From Candidatus Bathyarchaeia archaeon (lineage in GTDB: Archaea > Thermoproteota > CALKCG01 > B24): 64,000 nucleotides of DNA. Location of the stretch: assembly GCA_038870975.1 (NCBI GenBank), contig JAVZJD010000001.1, forward strand, positions 320,001 through 384,000, in the 5' to 3' direction. How positions within the stretch are numbered: the stretch's first letter is position 1; every line of letters begins with the position of its first letter. Shown here piece after piece: positions 18,382 through 29,939 of the stretch. Both the position numbers and the translations under genes were made by a program. The notes beneath the pieces are model-generated. The model searched no databases and was not told where the DNA came from. It saw nothing but the letters and a program-made list of their open reading frames with translations.

Positions 18382-19278
18382 ATGGTCAGGGTAAGTTGCT
18401 GTTGGCTTTACGCTATTAGCAAATACGGCTATCCTCCAAATTTAAACAACATGTTTAAGGCTTTAGAAGAGATTTCAGAAATGGGTTTTAGGTATTCAGA
18501 AATCGAAGCATTAGGCTATGAAAACCTCAGAGAGATTTTGGAAAGTAAGCGTAGCCTTAAGGAGCATATAGAATCTTTAAATCTAAAGATCATAAACGTC
18601 TGCCCAATTTTCCACGACATCATTTCCCCAGATGAGGCATCTAGAAAAAGAGCTTTGAAAGCGTTTAGTGAGACTTGTGAACTTGCCGTCTATTTGAATT
18701 CTCAAATGGTTCAGACAGATACGTTCATCCCCCCTTTAAGGTTTATAAGTGATGTCCCCTACAAGGATGCGATAAACTTCGGTAAAATCTTCAAGGTAGA
18801 TGTCGACTTAGCCTTTGATTGGAGGAGTTTCTGGAGACTCCTAGTAAATAGTATGCGAAAATGTAACTGGATAGCTGAAGAACATGGTTTGAGATTCTGC
18901 TTAGAGCCTAGAGTTGGCGAATCCGTCTCAAACACAGATGCCATGCTTAGGCTCGCTGAAGCCATCGATAGTGAAAATTTTGGAGTAGTACTGGACACTG
19001 GGCATCTACATGCTCAAAAGGAAATACTTCCACTTTCCGTGGAGAAGCTTGGAAGACTCATAGTTTACGTCCATGCTTCAGATAATGACGGTAGAGACAA
19101 CTACCACTTAGGCATAGGTAAAGGGACAATAGATTGGCTTGGTGTTTTAAAAGCTCTTAAAAAACACGGATTTAATGGATACATAGGTTTAGACATAGGT
19201 CATGTGCCAAATATAGAGAAAGAATACGTGGAAAGTAAGTCTAAACTAGAACAGCTCATAGAAGAAGTGGGTCTATAA
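18382..19278 (+). CDS. sugar phosphate isomerase/epimerase (xylose isomerase-like TIM barrel)
   Basis: LEP, DTGH, HASDND.RDNYH and G.G.IDW motifs. Confidence 0.85.
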   Translation: MVRVSCCWLYAISKYGYPPNLNNMFKALEEISEMGFRYSEIEALGYENLREILESKRSLKEHIESLNLKIINVCPIFHDIISPDEASRKRALKAFSETCELAVYLNSQMVQTDTFIPPLRFISDVPYKDAINFGKIFKVDVDLAFDWRSFWRLLVNSMRKCNWIAEEHGLRFCLEPRVGESVSNTDAMLRLAEAIDSENFGVVLDTGHLHAQKEILPLSVEKLGRLIVYVHASDNDGRDNYHLGIGKGTIDWLGVLKALKKHGFNGYIGLDIGHVPNIEKEYVESKSKLEQLIEEVGL

Positions 19279-19283
19279 ATCCA

Positions 19284-19685
19284 TTAACCTACGATAGTAA
19301 GTTGTAGCTTACTTCCATCTTTAGAGTAGACGGCTACATCTTCCAATCCTTTATATGGATGCGCAACAACCATTAGAATCCAGCCATATATATTATTTAA
19401 GTCTTCAACTGATGGGTTTAAAACCCCAGATGGATGGCTATGGACGGTTCCAACAATTGAAAAATCTATGGGGAGGAGGGCCAACGGTATAATAGAAAAC
19501 CCTCTTCCATGCGTCGCCAAGGGTGGTATAAGCACTTCTTTAACCGTTATATGCCCCCTTCCAACACTTCCTCTTAAGAGGAGTATGGCTTCTCTTGGAT
19601 GGATGTTAAAAGCATAGAACAATATGCTATCAAAAGCCTTCTTGGAAATTCCAACCTTCAATTGTTTTCCCCTAAAGCTTTTCAA
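19284..19685 (-). CDS. JAMM/MPN+ metalloprotease (desampylase-like)
   Basis: E...HSHPSG...S..D JAMM motif. Confidence 0.9.
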   Translation of the reverse strand: MKSFRGKQLKVGISKKAFDSILFYAFNIHPREAILLLRGSVGRGHITVKEVLIPPLATHGRGFSIIPLALLPIDFSIVGTVHSHPSGVLNPSVEDLNNIYGWILMVVAHPYKGLEDVAVYSKDGSKLQLTIVG

Positions 19686-20844
19686 CGGCTTCTTTAATCC
19701 TCTTCAATCCCTCTTTTATCTTCTCCATAGAAGTAGCATATGAAAACCTCAAATAGCCTTCTCCACCGTAGCCAAATGCAGACCCATGAAGTGTTGCAAC
19801 TTTAGCCTCTTTAAGTAGGTACTCGGCAAGCTCGATATCCGTTAATCCCACATTTTTGACATTTACAAAAGCATAGAAAGCTCCCAAGGGTTTCTTACAA
19901 ACGAACCCTTTAATCTTGTTTAGACCGTCTACTATTATATCTCTTCTACGCGTATATTCCTCAACCATCTTCTTTACGAAATCCTGCGGTCCTCTCAGCG
20001 CCGCTATTGAAGCCTTCTGTATAAACGACGGTACACAAGACACTACGTTATTTTGCAAAATCGTCATATGGTTTATCAGCTCTCTATTAGCTGCAACATA
20101 GCCAACTCTCCAACCAGTCATAGCGTACGTCTTCGAAAGACTGTTTATCAGAATAGTTCTATCTTTAACATCCGGTATTGATACTACAGACTCATGTCTA
20201 AACCCATCGTAGATGAGTTTATGATAGACGTCATCCGTTATAAGCATTAAATCATGCTTTAGAGCGAGATCGGCTAAACCCTCTACATCGCTTCTAGTCA
20301 ATATGGAACCGCATGGATTATGAGGACTGTTTATTACAATCGCTCTAGTTTTAGGAGTTACCTTAGACTCAACCAGTTCGGGTTTTAGCCTGAAATCCTC
20401 CTCCTCTTCCAATTCTACGAAAACTGGTTTAGCATTTAGAAATCTGACAACAGACTCATACGCGGGGAAACTCGGCGTAGGCATAATGACTTCATCGCCC
20501 TCTCCAACGACGCTGACGAGAGCATAGAATATCGCCGTCTTACCACTTGGTGTAACCATAACCTCATCAGGGGTATATTCCACGCCGAACTCCTCTTCAA
20601 TGCTGTCTGCAATCGCCTCTCTAAGCTCAGGTATACCTGGTGAAGGCGTATAATGTGTAAAGCCTTCTCTCAATGCCTTTATAGCAGCTTCCTTAATGTG
20701 TTCTGGCGTGTCGAAGTCCGGCTCACCTATCTCGAAGTGTATAATGTCGAAGCCCTGACTTTCAAGCGCTTTGGCCTTTTGTAGAACGAAAAAAGCAGAC
20801 TCTGCTTTTAACTTCAACATTCTTTCTGCTATGTTATTCTTCAT
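19672..20844 (-). CDS. aspartate aminotransferase-like class I PLP enzyme
   Basis: GEPDF, NSPHNP, DDVY and SKTYAMTGWRVG. Confidence 0.92.
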   Translation of the reverse strand: MKNNIAERMLKLKAESAFFVLQKAKALESQGFDIIHFEIGEPDFDTPEHIKEAAIKALREGFTHYTPSPGIPELREAIADSIEEEFGVEYTPDEVMVTPSGKTAIFYALVSVVGEGDEVIMPTPSFPAYESVVRFLNAKPVFVELEEEEDFRLKPELVESKVTPKTRAIVINSPHNPCGSILTRSDVEGLADLALKHDLMLITDDVYHKLIYDGFRHESVVSIPDVKDRTILINSLSKTYAMTGWRVGYVAANRELINHMTILQNNVVSCVPSFIQKASIAALRGPQDFVKKMVEEYTRRRDIIVDGLNKIKGFVCKKPLGAFYAFVNVKNVGLTDIELAEYLLKEAKVATLHGSAFGYGGEGYLRFSYATSMEKIKEGLKRIKEAVEKL

Positions 20845-20964
20845 AAAGAAGCACCGACCCTATTTATGGATAAAAAAGAAGCTTATAAAATTTTGTTTAA
20901 ATATCTTCGGAAAAGGGGAAAAGTTAAATTACTCTTCACCTTTCTCTCTAATGGTGTTTCACCA

Positions 20965-21324
20965 ATGTCCGGAGAAATAGTCCTCCAAGAGCTTAAAAAA
21001 CAGGAGAGCGAACTCCTAGATCAGCTTAAAAAGCTTGAAGAGAGGAAAGCCCAACTCACGAATGAACTATCAGAGCTCAAAAAGAAACTTGATGATGTTA
21101 GAGACCAGTTTAAGCGTACTAGAGATATTTACGAGTCGTATAGACTTGAGAAAGACATGACAGACCTCTCTAGAAGAATGGCGCCGCTTGAAAGCGAACT
21201 TTCTGAAGTAGAAATGAAAATAAGAGGTATACAGAGATCTCTAAGTGAAACTAGGAAGAAGATAGAGCATTTAGAGTTTCAACAGAGGTCTAAGTGGGTT
21301 AGGGAGGATTGTGGGGGGAAATAG
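20965..21324 (+). CDS. hypothetical coiled-coil protein
   Basis: Continuous heptad pattern over about 105 aa; overlaps the next gene's start. Confidence 0.75.
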   Translation: MSGEIVLQELKKQESELLDQLKKLEERKAQLTNELSELKKKLDDVRDQFKRTRDIYESYRLEKDMTDLSRRMAPLESELSEVEMKIRGIQRSLSETRKKIEHLEFQQRSKWVREDCGGK

Positions 21325-22180
21325 TAAGTATAGAGTCTTTAAATTCAAATCTCCATATTGGAGGCCGGGCTTCGACTATGAGCGCTTTATAATTTCAAGG
21401 CTAAGACGTATAGTTAGAGACGGAGACATAGTGGTTTTATCTGAAAAGGCGATTTCAACAGCTCTCGGAAACATAATAGACGAATCTAAGGTTAAGCCTA
21501 GTCTAACGTCGAAGCTTCTAGCTGGTTTTTGGATGAGGAAGATATGGGGATACATGCTAGGTCCCCTCTGTAGGCTCAAACCCGATACCATAGATAAGCT
21601 TAGAAAATATCCTATGGAAGAGGGCTCTAAACATAAGGAGGTTGTCCTCAGAACTTCAGGCTTAATACAGGCCTTGAAGCCGTTCTCTGAAGGCTCTATA
21701 GATGTAGTAAACCTACCATACTCCTATGCGGCTCTACCTCTTAAAAATCCGGATGAATTGGTCAAGCGCATAAGACGGATTTTGCTAAAAAAATACGGTA
21801 TAAAAGTTTCAGTTGTAATATCAGATAGCGATAAAACCTTCTCCCTTGGGCCAATACACCTCTGCTCCAGGCCACATTGTATAAAGGGGTTGATCTGTCT
21901 TGGTCCGTTAGCCTATATATTAGGGGCTTCACTAGGTTTAAAAGCACGTGCGACACCAGTTGCCGTCGCTGGATGGCCTTATTCTATGGAAGCGTTGCTT
22001 GACGTTTGCGAAATTGCTGATAAAGCTAGAGGATATGGAGCTGGTCAGAATATTTGGGAGGCTGCAGCTAGATTTGGAACTAAGGTAACATCTATAACTT
22101 GGAGTATGCTTGAGAGAATCCCACACTATCCAATTGTAGTCTTACGCAAGTTTGAAGATGCAAACCAACATATTTTTTAA
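21311..22180 (+). CDS. coenzyme F420-0:gamma-glutamyl ligase-like protein (CofE family)
   Basis: DGDIVVLSEKAIS, IDVVN, VVISDSD and PIVVLR. Confidence 0.75.
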   Translation: MGGNSKYRVFKFKSPYWRPGFDYERFIISRLRRIVRDGDIVVLSEKAISTALGNIIDESKVKPSLTSKLLAGFWMRKIWGYMLGPLCRLKPDTIDKLRKYPMEEGSKHKEVVLRTSGLIQALKPFSEGSIDVVNLPYSYAALPLKNPDELVKRIRRILLKKYGIKVSVVISDSDKTFSLGPIHLCSRPHCIKGLICLGPLAYILGASLGLKARATPVAVAGWPYSMEALLDVCEIADKARGYGAGQNIWEAAARFGTKVTSITWSMLERIPHYPIVVLRKFEDANQHIF

Positions 22181-22215
22181 GCACTCTGTAGTTTTCAATA
22201 ATTGGTCTAACAGAC

Positions 22216-23433
22216 ATGTCAATTAGAATAGGAATTATTGGGAAAACGAACACAGGTAAAACCACATTCTTCAACGCGGCTACTATGCTAAGTGGACGTA
22301 TAGATAAGTTTCCCTTTACCACTAAAACACCTCAACGCGGTATTGGCTATGCTAAAACCCTATGCGTATGCAGAGAACTTGGGGTTAAAGACAACCCTAG
22401 AAATTCCATATGTATAAATGGCTGGAGATTCATACCGATTGAAATAGTAGATTTACCTGGTTTAGTGAAAGACGCGTGGAAGGGTAGAGGTCTCGGAAAC
22501 GAATTTCTATCTGTAGCTGCTCAAACTGATGCTTTAATCCACATGGTTGATGCCTCAGGTAGCGTAGATGCAGATGGAAATATAGCAGAGCCTGGAACAG
22601 GTGACCCCCTTCAAGACTTCTACGATATTGAAAAAGAACTTGTAATGTGGATAGCTAAAATAATCGAAAGTAAGAGAAAATACATTGAGAAGACTATTGA
22701 AACACGTAGGGATACGCTTAAAGGCGCCTTAACCTCTGTTTTAACCGGTTTAAAAGTTAAAGAAGAACATGTGGCTCAAGCCTTAGAAGTATCCAACATT
22801 AAGTCTAAGGCTTTCCACGATTGGGTGGAAGAAGACCTTTTAAAGTTCTCGGAGGCATTGAGAAGAATATCTAAACCTTCTATAGTAGTAGCTAATAAGA
22901 TGGATATTCCAATTGCTGAGGACAACTACAAAAGAATGATTGAAGCACTTTCACCAATACCAGTAATACCAGCTTCAGCCGAAGCCGAGCTTATTCTAAG
23001 AAAAGCTGAGAAGAGCGGTTTGATAAGCTACATACCAGGTGAAGAAGTTTTCCAAGTAGCAGACGAATCGAAGCTCAACGAGAAGCAGAAATGGGCTTTA
23101 AACTACATTCAAGAGAGAGTTTTAAACAAATGGTGGCGGACGGGTGTCCAATTTGCTATAAACGTCTTGGTTTTTAAAGTCCTCAGAATGAACGTCGTAT
23201 ACCCAGTTGAAGATGAAAAACGGCTTTCAGATAAACATGGAAATATTCTACCAGACGCTTTTCTCATGCACTACGACGCCACGGCATTAGATTTAGCCAA
23301 TGAAATACATACTGAGCTCGGTAAGACTATGATATGCGCTATAGATGCCCGTACAGGCTTAAGACTACCGAAGGATTATAAGCTTAGAGATAGAGATATT
23401 ATTAAAATAGTTGCAACCTTACAGAGAGGCTAA
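22216..23433 (+). CDS. YchF-like Obg-family GTPase/ATPase with TGS domain
   Basis: GKTNTGKT, PFTT, DLPGL, GRGLGN and NKMD. Confidence 0.9.
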   Translation: MSIRIGIIGKTNTGKTTFFNAATMLSGRIDKFPFTTKTPQRGIGYAKTLCVCRELGVKDNPRNSICINGWRFIPIEIVDLPGLVKDAWKGRGLGNEFLSVAAQTDALIHMVDASGSVDADGNIAEPGTGDPLQDFYDIEKELVMWIAKIIESKRKYIEKTIETRRDTLKGALTSVLTGLKVKEEHVAQALEVSNIKSKAFHDWVEEDLLKFSEALRRISKPSIVVANKMDIPIAEDNYKRMIEALSPIPVIPASAEAELILRKAEKSGLISYIPGEEVFQVADESKLNEKQKWALNYIQERVLNKWWRTGVQFAINVLVFKVLRMNVVYPVEDEKRLSDKHGNILPDAFLMHYDATALDLANEIHTELGKTMICAIDARTGLRLPKDYKLRDRDIIKIVATLQRG

Positions 23434-23582
23434 CCCCCCTTATAGGTTATCAAAATCAACTAATTTTTGATAAATCTAAATTCTAAAAACTTAAACATTT
23501 ACTATTTCTCCACATTAATATTTGTTAATCGATATCTTTGAAAATCCTTACGTAGGATTTCTACCGATCTGGAGGTAAATTT

Positions 23583-25105
<1,523 letters not shown>

Positions 25106-25143
25106 TATGACTCCGTTAAAGATGACCACACAGTTAGAACTCA

Positions 25144-25181
25144 TCTCAATTAGCATAGATGCCTTACATAGCTAATTGAGA
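25144..25181. repeat. 11-bp perfect inverted repeat (hairpin)
   Basis: TCTCAATTAGC-N16-GCTAATTGAGA, downstream of the lyxose isomerase. Confidence 0.65.
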
Positions 25182-25433
25182 AATAAGAATTACGCATATC
25201 TCTCGGAGAATATGAGAAGTCATCCTGTTGTAGAAATGAGGAGAACAATGAAAAATCTTTAAGGCTGGAATAGAACGGATAATAGTAAAATGTCAACATT
25301 TTATCTAGATGTAGATTTATAGGAGATACCGTTATCCACTAGTAGGTGGAAAAGTTTAGTGAATATATCTTTCTTAAGATTAAGACTACCGCTTAGTTTT
25401 TAAGCCTTTTAATCTCTAAAAATTCTTGTAATC

Positions 25434-25928
25434 GTGTACATGTTTGTTAAAAGCCTAGTTAAAGCATTACATAGTCTCATTATAGAGACGATCATCTTTA
25501 CATCTGGGGTTAGATCCGCGGAAGTCAACAGTAATGCTGCCGTTTATCTAGCTGGAGAATGCGTGAAGCTCGTCTGTGAAGCTATGGTACATCTTGCAAA
25601 AGTGGAAGAAAAGGATGAATATGTTGAAAAGGCACTTAGAGAGTTGGAAAATGCGAAGAATCTATTTAAATCTGTAGTTACAGGCGAACGGTCTACAGAT
25701 ACCATTAGAATATGCATCTCTTATGGAGTGGAGAATAGAAACGTCTTCATCTTAGATTTAGCCCACAACCACATCCACAAGGCAATAGATCTTTTGAAGA
25801 AATCGAGAAATTTCGAAATGTATCGCGAAATATTAGAACTTTTAGCAATAGCTCGGAGAGAATCGGCTCCTATAACGTTATATAGGCTGGCATACGATAT
25901 ATCTAGAAAAATAACCTTTGAAAAATAG
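25434..25928 (+). CDS. hypothetical all-alpha protein
   Basis: 164-aa ORF with typical composition and no recognised motif. Confidence 0.65.
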   Translation: MYMFVKSLVKALHSLIIETIIFTSGVRSAEVNSNAAVYLAGECVKLVCEAMVHLAKVEEKDEYVEKALRELENAKNLFKSVVTGERSTDTIRICISYGVENRNVFILDLAHNHIHKAIDLLKKSRNFEMYREILELLAIARRESAPITLYRLAYDISRKITFEK

Positions 25929-25936
25929 ATCTTCGT

Positions 25937-26938
25937 CTAAACTTCTTTAAGCTTAATCTTTCTTCTTAAATCGTCTAGTTGAACCTTCAGAAGAGACTCT
26001 ACTTCCCCACGTTTAACACTCGTAGTTGTACCTTTGGCTGTACAACATACAGCCCCCGAAGCTGAGCCGAAGATAAGCCCATCGATGATTTTTTCAACCG
26101 TATAGTTTTCCACTCGATTCGGCTCTTCAACAAGTTTAAAGATTAAACCAGCACAGAAAGCATCTCCAGCGCCTGTGGGGTCGACAACATTTACCTTGAA
26201 AGCTGGCATCTCTATAAGTATATTTTTGAAGAGCGCTATCAACCCTTTATCTCCCATTGTTATTATTGGAAACTTACAACCGAGCCCCTTTAAAGACTTT
26301 AAAGCGTTAAGAGCATTTTCTTCACTTGTGATTTTAGACGCCTCTAAGAGATTGCAATGGAAAATATCACAGTGGGGTATTGCTTCTCTGAAGAAGTCCC
26401 AACCTTTGCTATATGGAGCCACTATATCTAGAAACGTTAACGCTCCAATACTTCTAGCTTTATCTAAAACCTCCGGTAGGCCGTAGTCGAACTCTCCAAG
26501 CATACCTGCCCCCCCAATGTAAAATACTCTAGGTTTAAGTTCTTCAACAGTGTCTTCAATGAACTTTCTGTCTAGGAAAAGATTTGAGCCAGCGTCGACA
26601 TGGAAGCGTCTATCTTCTCCTTTGACGACAAGAATGAGGTTTTTCGATGTAGGCGCATCCACTCTATTAAGTCTAACCCTAACCCCCCTTTCCGTTAAAA
26701 ACCTCTCTACAAAATCTCCAAAAACATCTCTACCAACTACGGATGCTAAGTAGACGTCTCCAGCCTTAAGTCCAAGTTGGAGAAGGTCTATCGATACATT
26801 ACCAGCATGACCTCCAAGAGTCACAGCTATTCCACTTGGGACGTATAAGAGTTCACCTTGATCTGCAATACGTGGAAGCTCTGCAGCTATTATATCAACG
26901 ACAAGTATGCCAGTTGTTAAAACTAGCAATACAATCAC
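25937..26938 (-). CDS. PfkB-family carbohydrate kinase
   Basis: GGHAGN, VGRDVFG and DPTGAGDAF. Confidence 0.92.
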   Translation of the reverse strand: MIVLLVLTTGILVVDIIAAELPRIADQGELLYVPSGIAVTLGGHAGNVSIDLLQLGLKAGDVYLASVVGRDVFGDFVERFLTERGVRVRLNRVDAPTSKNLILVVKGEDRRFHVDAGSNLFLDRKFIEDTVEELKPRVFYIGGAGMLGEFDYGLPEVLDKARSIGALTFLDIVAPYSKGWDFFREAIPHCDIFHCNLLEASKITSEENALNALKSLKGLGCKFPIITMGDKGLIALFKNILIEMPAFKVNVVDPTGAGDAFCAGLIFKLVEEPNRVENYTVEKIIDGLIFGSASGAVCCTAKGTTTSVKRGEVESLLKVQLDDLRRKIKLKEV

Positions 26939-27030
26939 CCACTATTACAATATCACCATTAAAGTCGATTTAACTATAAATTACTTATGGATAGGCTTTA
27001 AATATTTAGGCAACCATCATAATAGCGCTA

Positions 27031-27999
27031 TCAGTGCATGACCTCCCAAACTACATTTAACGGCTTTTGACCTTTAAATACCCTCATGATATTTTCAACG
27101 CAGAATTCTGCGGCTTCTGTGAAGAAATTTACAGACCAGCTTGCCTGATGGAGACTTAATTGGACTCTTCTCAATTTAAGCATAGGATTACTTTTTGGGA
27201 CTGGCTCTATGCTCCACACGTCTATATGTGCCGATTTCAATCTACCACTCTTAATCACTCTGTATAGCGCCTCTTCATCTACAACAGCGCCTCTAGAAGT
27301 ATTTACGAGTATGGCATTCCGCTTCATAATGTTTAGTTCACGCCATCCTATCATATGTCTAGTCTCCTCGGTTAAAGGGGTGTGAATTGTAACTACGTCT
27401 GAGACTTTAAGCAGTTGTTCAAGTCGCTCAGACCTTTCAACGCCAGCATTTCTAATAGTCTCATCAGAAACATAGGGATCATATACGAGAATTTTTACTT
27501 TGAAAGGTTTGAGTAACATAGCTACCTGTCGCCCTATCCTACCAAAGCCAATTATGCCTACGATTTTCCCTGTTAGTCTTTCAGACAGTACCTTTGGTCT
27601 AGCGCTCCACTCGGCTTTTCTAGCCATATGGTCCCTCTCCCTAATCCTATGAAGTATCGAGAGAATGGCTGCCAATGTAAATTCTGCCACATCTAAACTG
27701 TTTATCCCAGGTATATTGCAGACGTATATCTGCCTATTCTTACATAGTTCTACAGGTATGTTGTCAACACCAACTCCAAACTTTTGAATAATCTTAAGCT
27801 TTTCAGTTTTCTCAATAGGTCTGCTCGGTATTTTTGAATCTGCGACAATAATTCCATCAAAGTCTAACAATTTATCTTCGGGAACATATTCGTGAAAGAC
27901 TTTCGAGGCTTCGGCTTCTACGCCGAACCTCCTAAGAAGATTAATCATCTTCTCATACATGGGAATTGGCTCCGTTATATACACTCTAAACCTCTCCAA
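27031..27999 (-). CDS. D-2-hydroxyacid dehydrogenase
   Basis: GVGVDNI, GIIGFGRIG, NTSRG, DVW..EP and catalytic His. Confidence 0.9.
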   Translation of the reverse strand: MERFRVYITEPIPMYEKMINLLRRFGVEAEASKVFHEYVPEDKLLDFDGIIVADSKIPSRPIEKTEKLKIIQKFGVGVDNIPVELCKNRQIYVCNIPGINSLDVAEFTLAAILSILHRIRERDHMARKAEWSARPKVLSERLTGKIVGIIGFGRIGRQVAMLLKPFKVKILVYDPYVSDETIRNAGVERSERLEQLLKVSDVVTIHTPLTEETRHMIGWRELNIMKRNAILVNTSRGAVVDEEALYRVIKSGRLKSAHIDVWSIEPVPKSNPMLKLRRVQLSLHQASWSVNFFTEAAEFCVENIMRVFKGQKPLNVVWEVMH

Positions 28000-28093
28000 G
28001 CTTCGGCACCTATTGGAAAATGTCTTGAGCTTAAGTTTAAGGTTTAATGTTAAATATTCGTTCTTGTATTTAATACGAATTGGAGGGGTTTAA

Positions 28094-28618
28094 ATCCCTA
28101 CCTGTGAAGTTTGCGGTAAAAATGTACCAGTACTCACTAGAGTTGTAATAGAGGGCGTTGATGTTTCCGTATGTCAAAATTGCAGTAGGCTGGGAAAACC
28201 TGTCAAAGCCACTGCCGCTAATAAGTTAAAATTTGCAAGTCAACCTACACTTAGGACTACGGCTAAGACGACTAAAAACATAAAGCCGTTAAAAGCTCCA
28301 AGTAGAGATATTGAGAAGTCAATCGAATCTTACACTCTAGTTGAGAACTTTGGCCTCTTGGTTAAAAATGCTAGAGAACATATGGGTCTATCGCACGAAG
28401 AACTCGGTACTAAACTTGGCGAAAAAGCTTCAGTAATACGTAAAATAGAGCAGGGTAAGCTTAAACCAGATAACGTACTGGCAAGAAAACTTGAACATTT
28501 CCTTAAAATTAAGCTTTTAACACCGTTGACTGAGTTAAAGGCTGTAAGCGTCTCTAAGGTTGAAGAAGAGGGTTTAACTATAGGGGATCTTCTCAAAAAG
28601 AAGATTGACGAAACCTGA
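28094..28618 (+). CDS. mbf1: archaeal multiprotein bridging factor 1 (Zn ribbon + HTH), apparent ATC start
   Basis: The frame of ORF 28358 extends upstream to CEVCG..VVIEG..VCQNC. In-frame TAA at 28091, ATC at 28094, RBS GGAGGGG at 28082-28088. C-terminal LTIGD. Confidence 0.88.
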   Translation: MPTCEVCGKNVPVLTRVVIEGVDVSVCQNCSRLGKPVKATAANKLKFASQPTLRTTAKTTKNIKPLKAPSRDIEKSIESYTLVENFGLLVKNAREHMGLSHEELGTKLGEKASVIRKIEQGKLKPDNVLARKLEHFLKIKLLTPLTELKAVSVSKVEEEGLTIGDLLKKKIDET

Positions 28619-28707
28619 AGGTTGGTTTTTAAACATGTGTTTTGTATAGTTTTAAATGAGACGAGGAGTAGATTCCGGCGTATAAAGCGTTCTTAAGGTG
28701 GTTTTCC

Positions 28708-29241
28708 GTGAAAATCTACGTACTTCGGCTTGGACATAGATTTGCTAGAGACAAGCGTATAACTACTCACGTGGGCTTAATAGCTAGAGCACTTGGAGCA
28801 GACGGTATAATAATATCTGGCGACAGAGACGATAAGCTTGTCAAAAGCCTGGAAAAGGTAGTTGAATTATGGGGAGGCCCTTTTGAAATCCAGTATGTTG
28901 AAGACTGGTATAATCTACTTAAGTCTTTTAAAAAAGACGGATGGGAGTTAATACACTTAACTGTCTATGGACTTCCAATACAAAACGCGATAGACTCTAT
29001 AAGAAGCTCGGATAGGAATAAGCTCATAATAGTTGGTGCAAGTAAGGTTCCAAGAGTGGTTTATGAACTCGCGGATTGGAATGTAGCGGTTTCTTCTCAA
29101 CCCCACTCAGAATGCGGTAGTCTAGCTGTTTTTTTAGACAGGTTTTTCCAAGGTAGAGAACTATCGAAGGAATTCGAAGGGTGGAAACTTAAAGTCATCC
29201 CCCAGGCTAAAGGGAAAAAGGTCATTAGACGTTTGTCATAA
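28708..29241 (+). CDS. trm56: tRNA (cytidine56-2'-O)-methyltransferase
   Basis: LRLGHR..RDKRITTHV.L.ARALGA, HLTVYG and QPHSE. Confidence 0.95.
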   Translation: MKIYVLRLGHRFARDKRITTHVGLIARALGADGIIISGDRDDKLVKSLEKVVELWGGPFEIQYVEDWYNLLKSFKKDGWELIHLTVYGLPIQNAIDSIRSSDRNKLIIVGASKVPRVVYELADWNVAVSSQPHSECGSLAVFLDRFFQGRELSKEFEGWKLKVIPQAKGKKVIRRLS

Positions 29242-29257
29242 CGTAGAGGTTTAAAGG

Positions 29258-29845
29258 TTGAGAACTGGTATAATCTTGGCGGGCGGGTATAGTAGGAGAT
29301 TTGGAACTGTTAAAGCTCTGATACCTTTAAACGGGAAACCCATGATAGTTCATGTAGTTGAACGATTAAAACCTCTTGTAGATGAGCTTATAGTCGTGGT
29401 TAAAAAGCGTATTAGAAGCATAGAAGAAGTCTTAGAAGACAGTTGTGTGCAGATATGTGAAGACATTCTTCCAATACAAGCCCCCCTAGTAGGTCTTTTA
29501 ACTGGATTTGAAAATTCAAACTATGAGTATGCGATAGTATCGCCGTGCGATTCGCCAGAGACCGATCCGATGGCTATACATAAGCTTTTCGAAGAAGCTT
29601 TAGGTTTAGACGCTGCTATACCGATGTGGAATAATGGGTTTATCGAACCGTTACATGCGGTCTACAGGGTTAAACCGTGTATAGAAGCCTCTTGGAGGGT
29701 CTTAGAAGAGGGTTCTTTAAGCGTCAGAGCGATGATAGCGAGGTTAAATATAGTAAAGTATGTGAAGGCCGAAGAGCTTGGAAATCCTAAACACTTTTTA
29801 AACTTAAATACAGTCGAGGATTTTAAAGCATCGACTCTATTATAG
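29258..29845 (+). CDS. mobA: molybdenum cofactor guanylyltransferase
   Basis: LAGGYSRRFG..KA, PCD.P, EPLHAVY and NLNT.ED. Confidence 0.88.
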   Translation: MRTGIILAGGYSRRFGTVKALIPLNGKPMIVHVVERLKPLVDELIVVVKKRIRSIEEVLEDSCVQICEDILPIQAPLVGLLTGFENSNYEYAIVSPCDSPETDPMAIHKLFEEALGLDAAIPMWNNGFIEPLHAVYRVKPCIEASWRVLEEGSLSVRAMIARLNIVKYVKAEELGNPKHFLNLNTVEDFKASTLL

Positions 29846-29939
29846 TGAAAGTTGTCTAATTCAAGTCCTTCATATGTTTGATTGAAAGTCTTATTTAATG
29901 AGTTTTAGAGCCTCTAGCTTAAAATATCTTGTAGTATTT

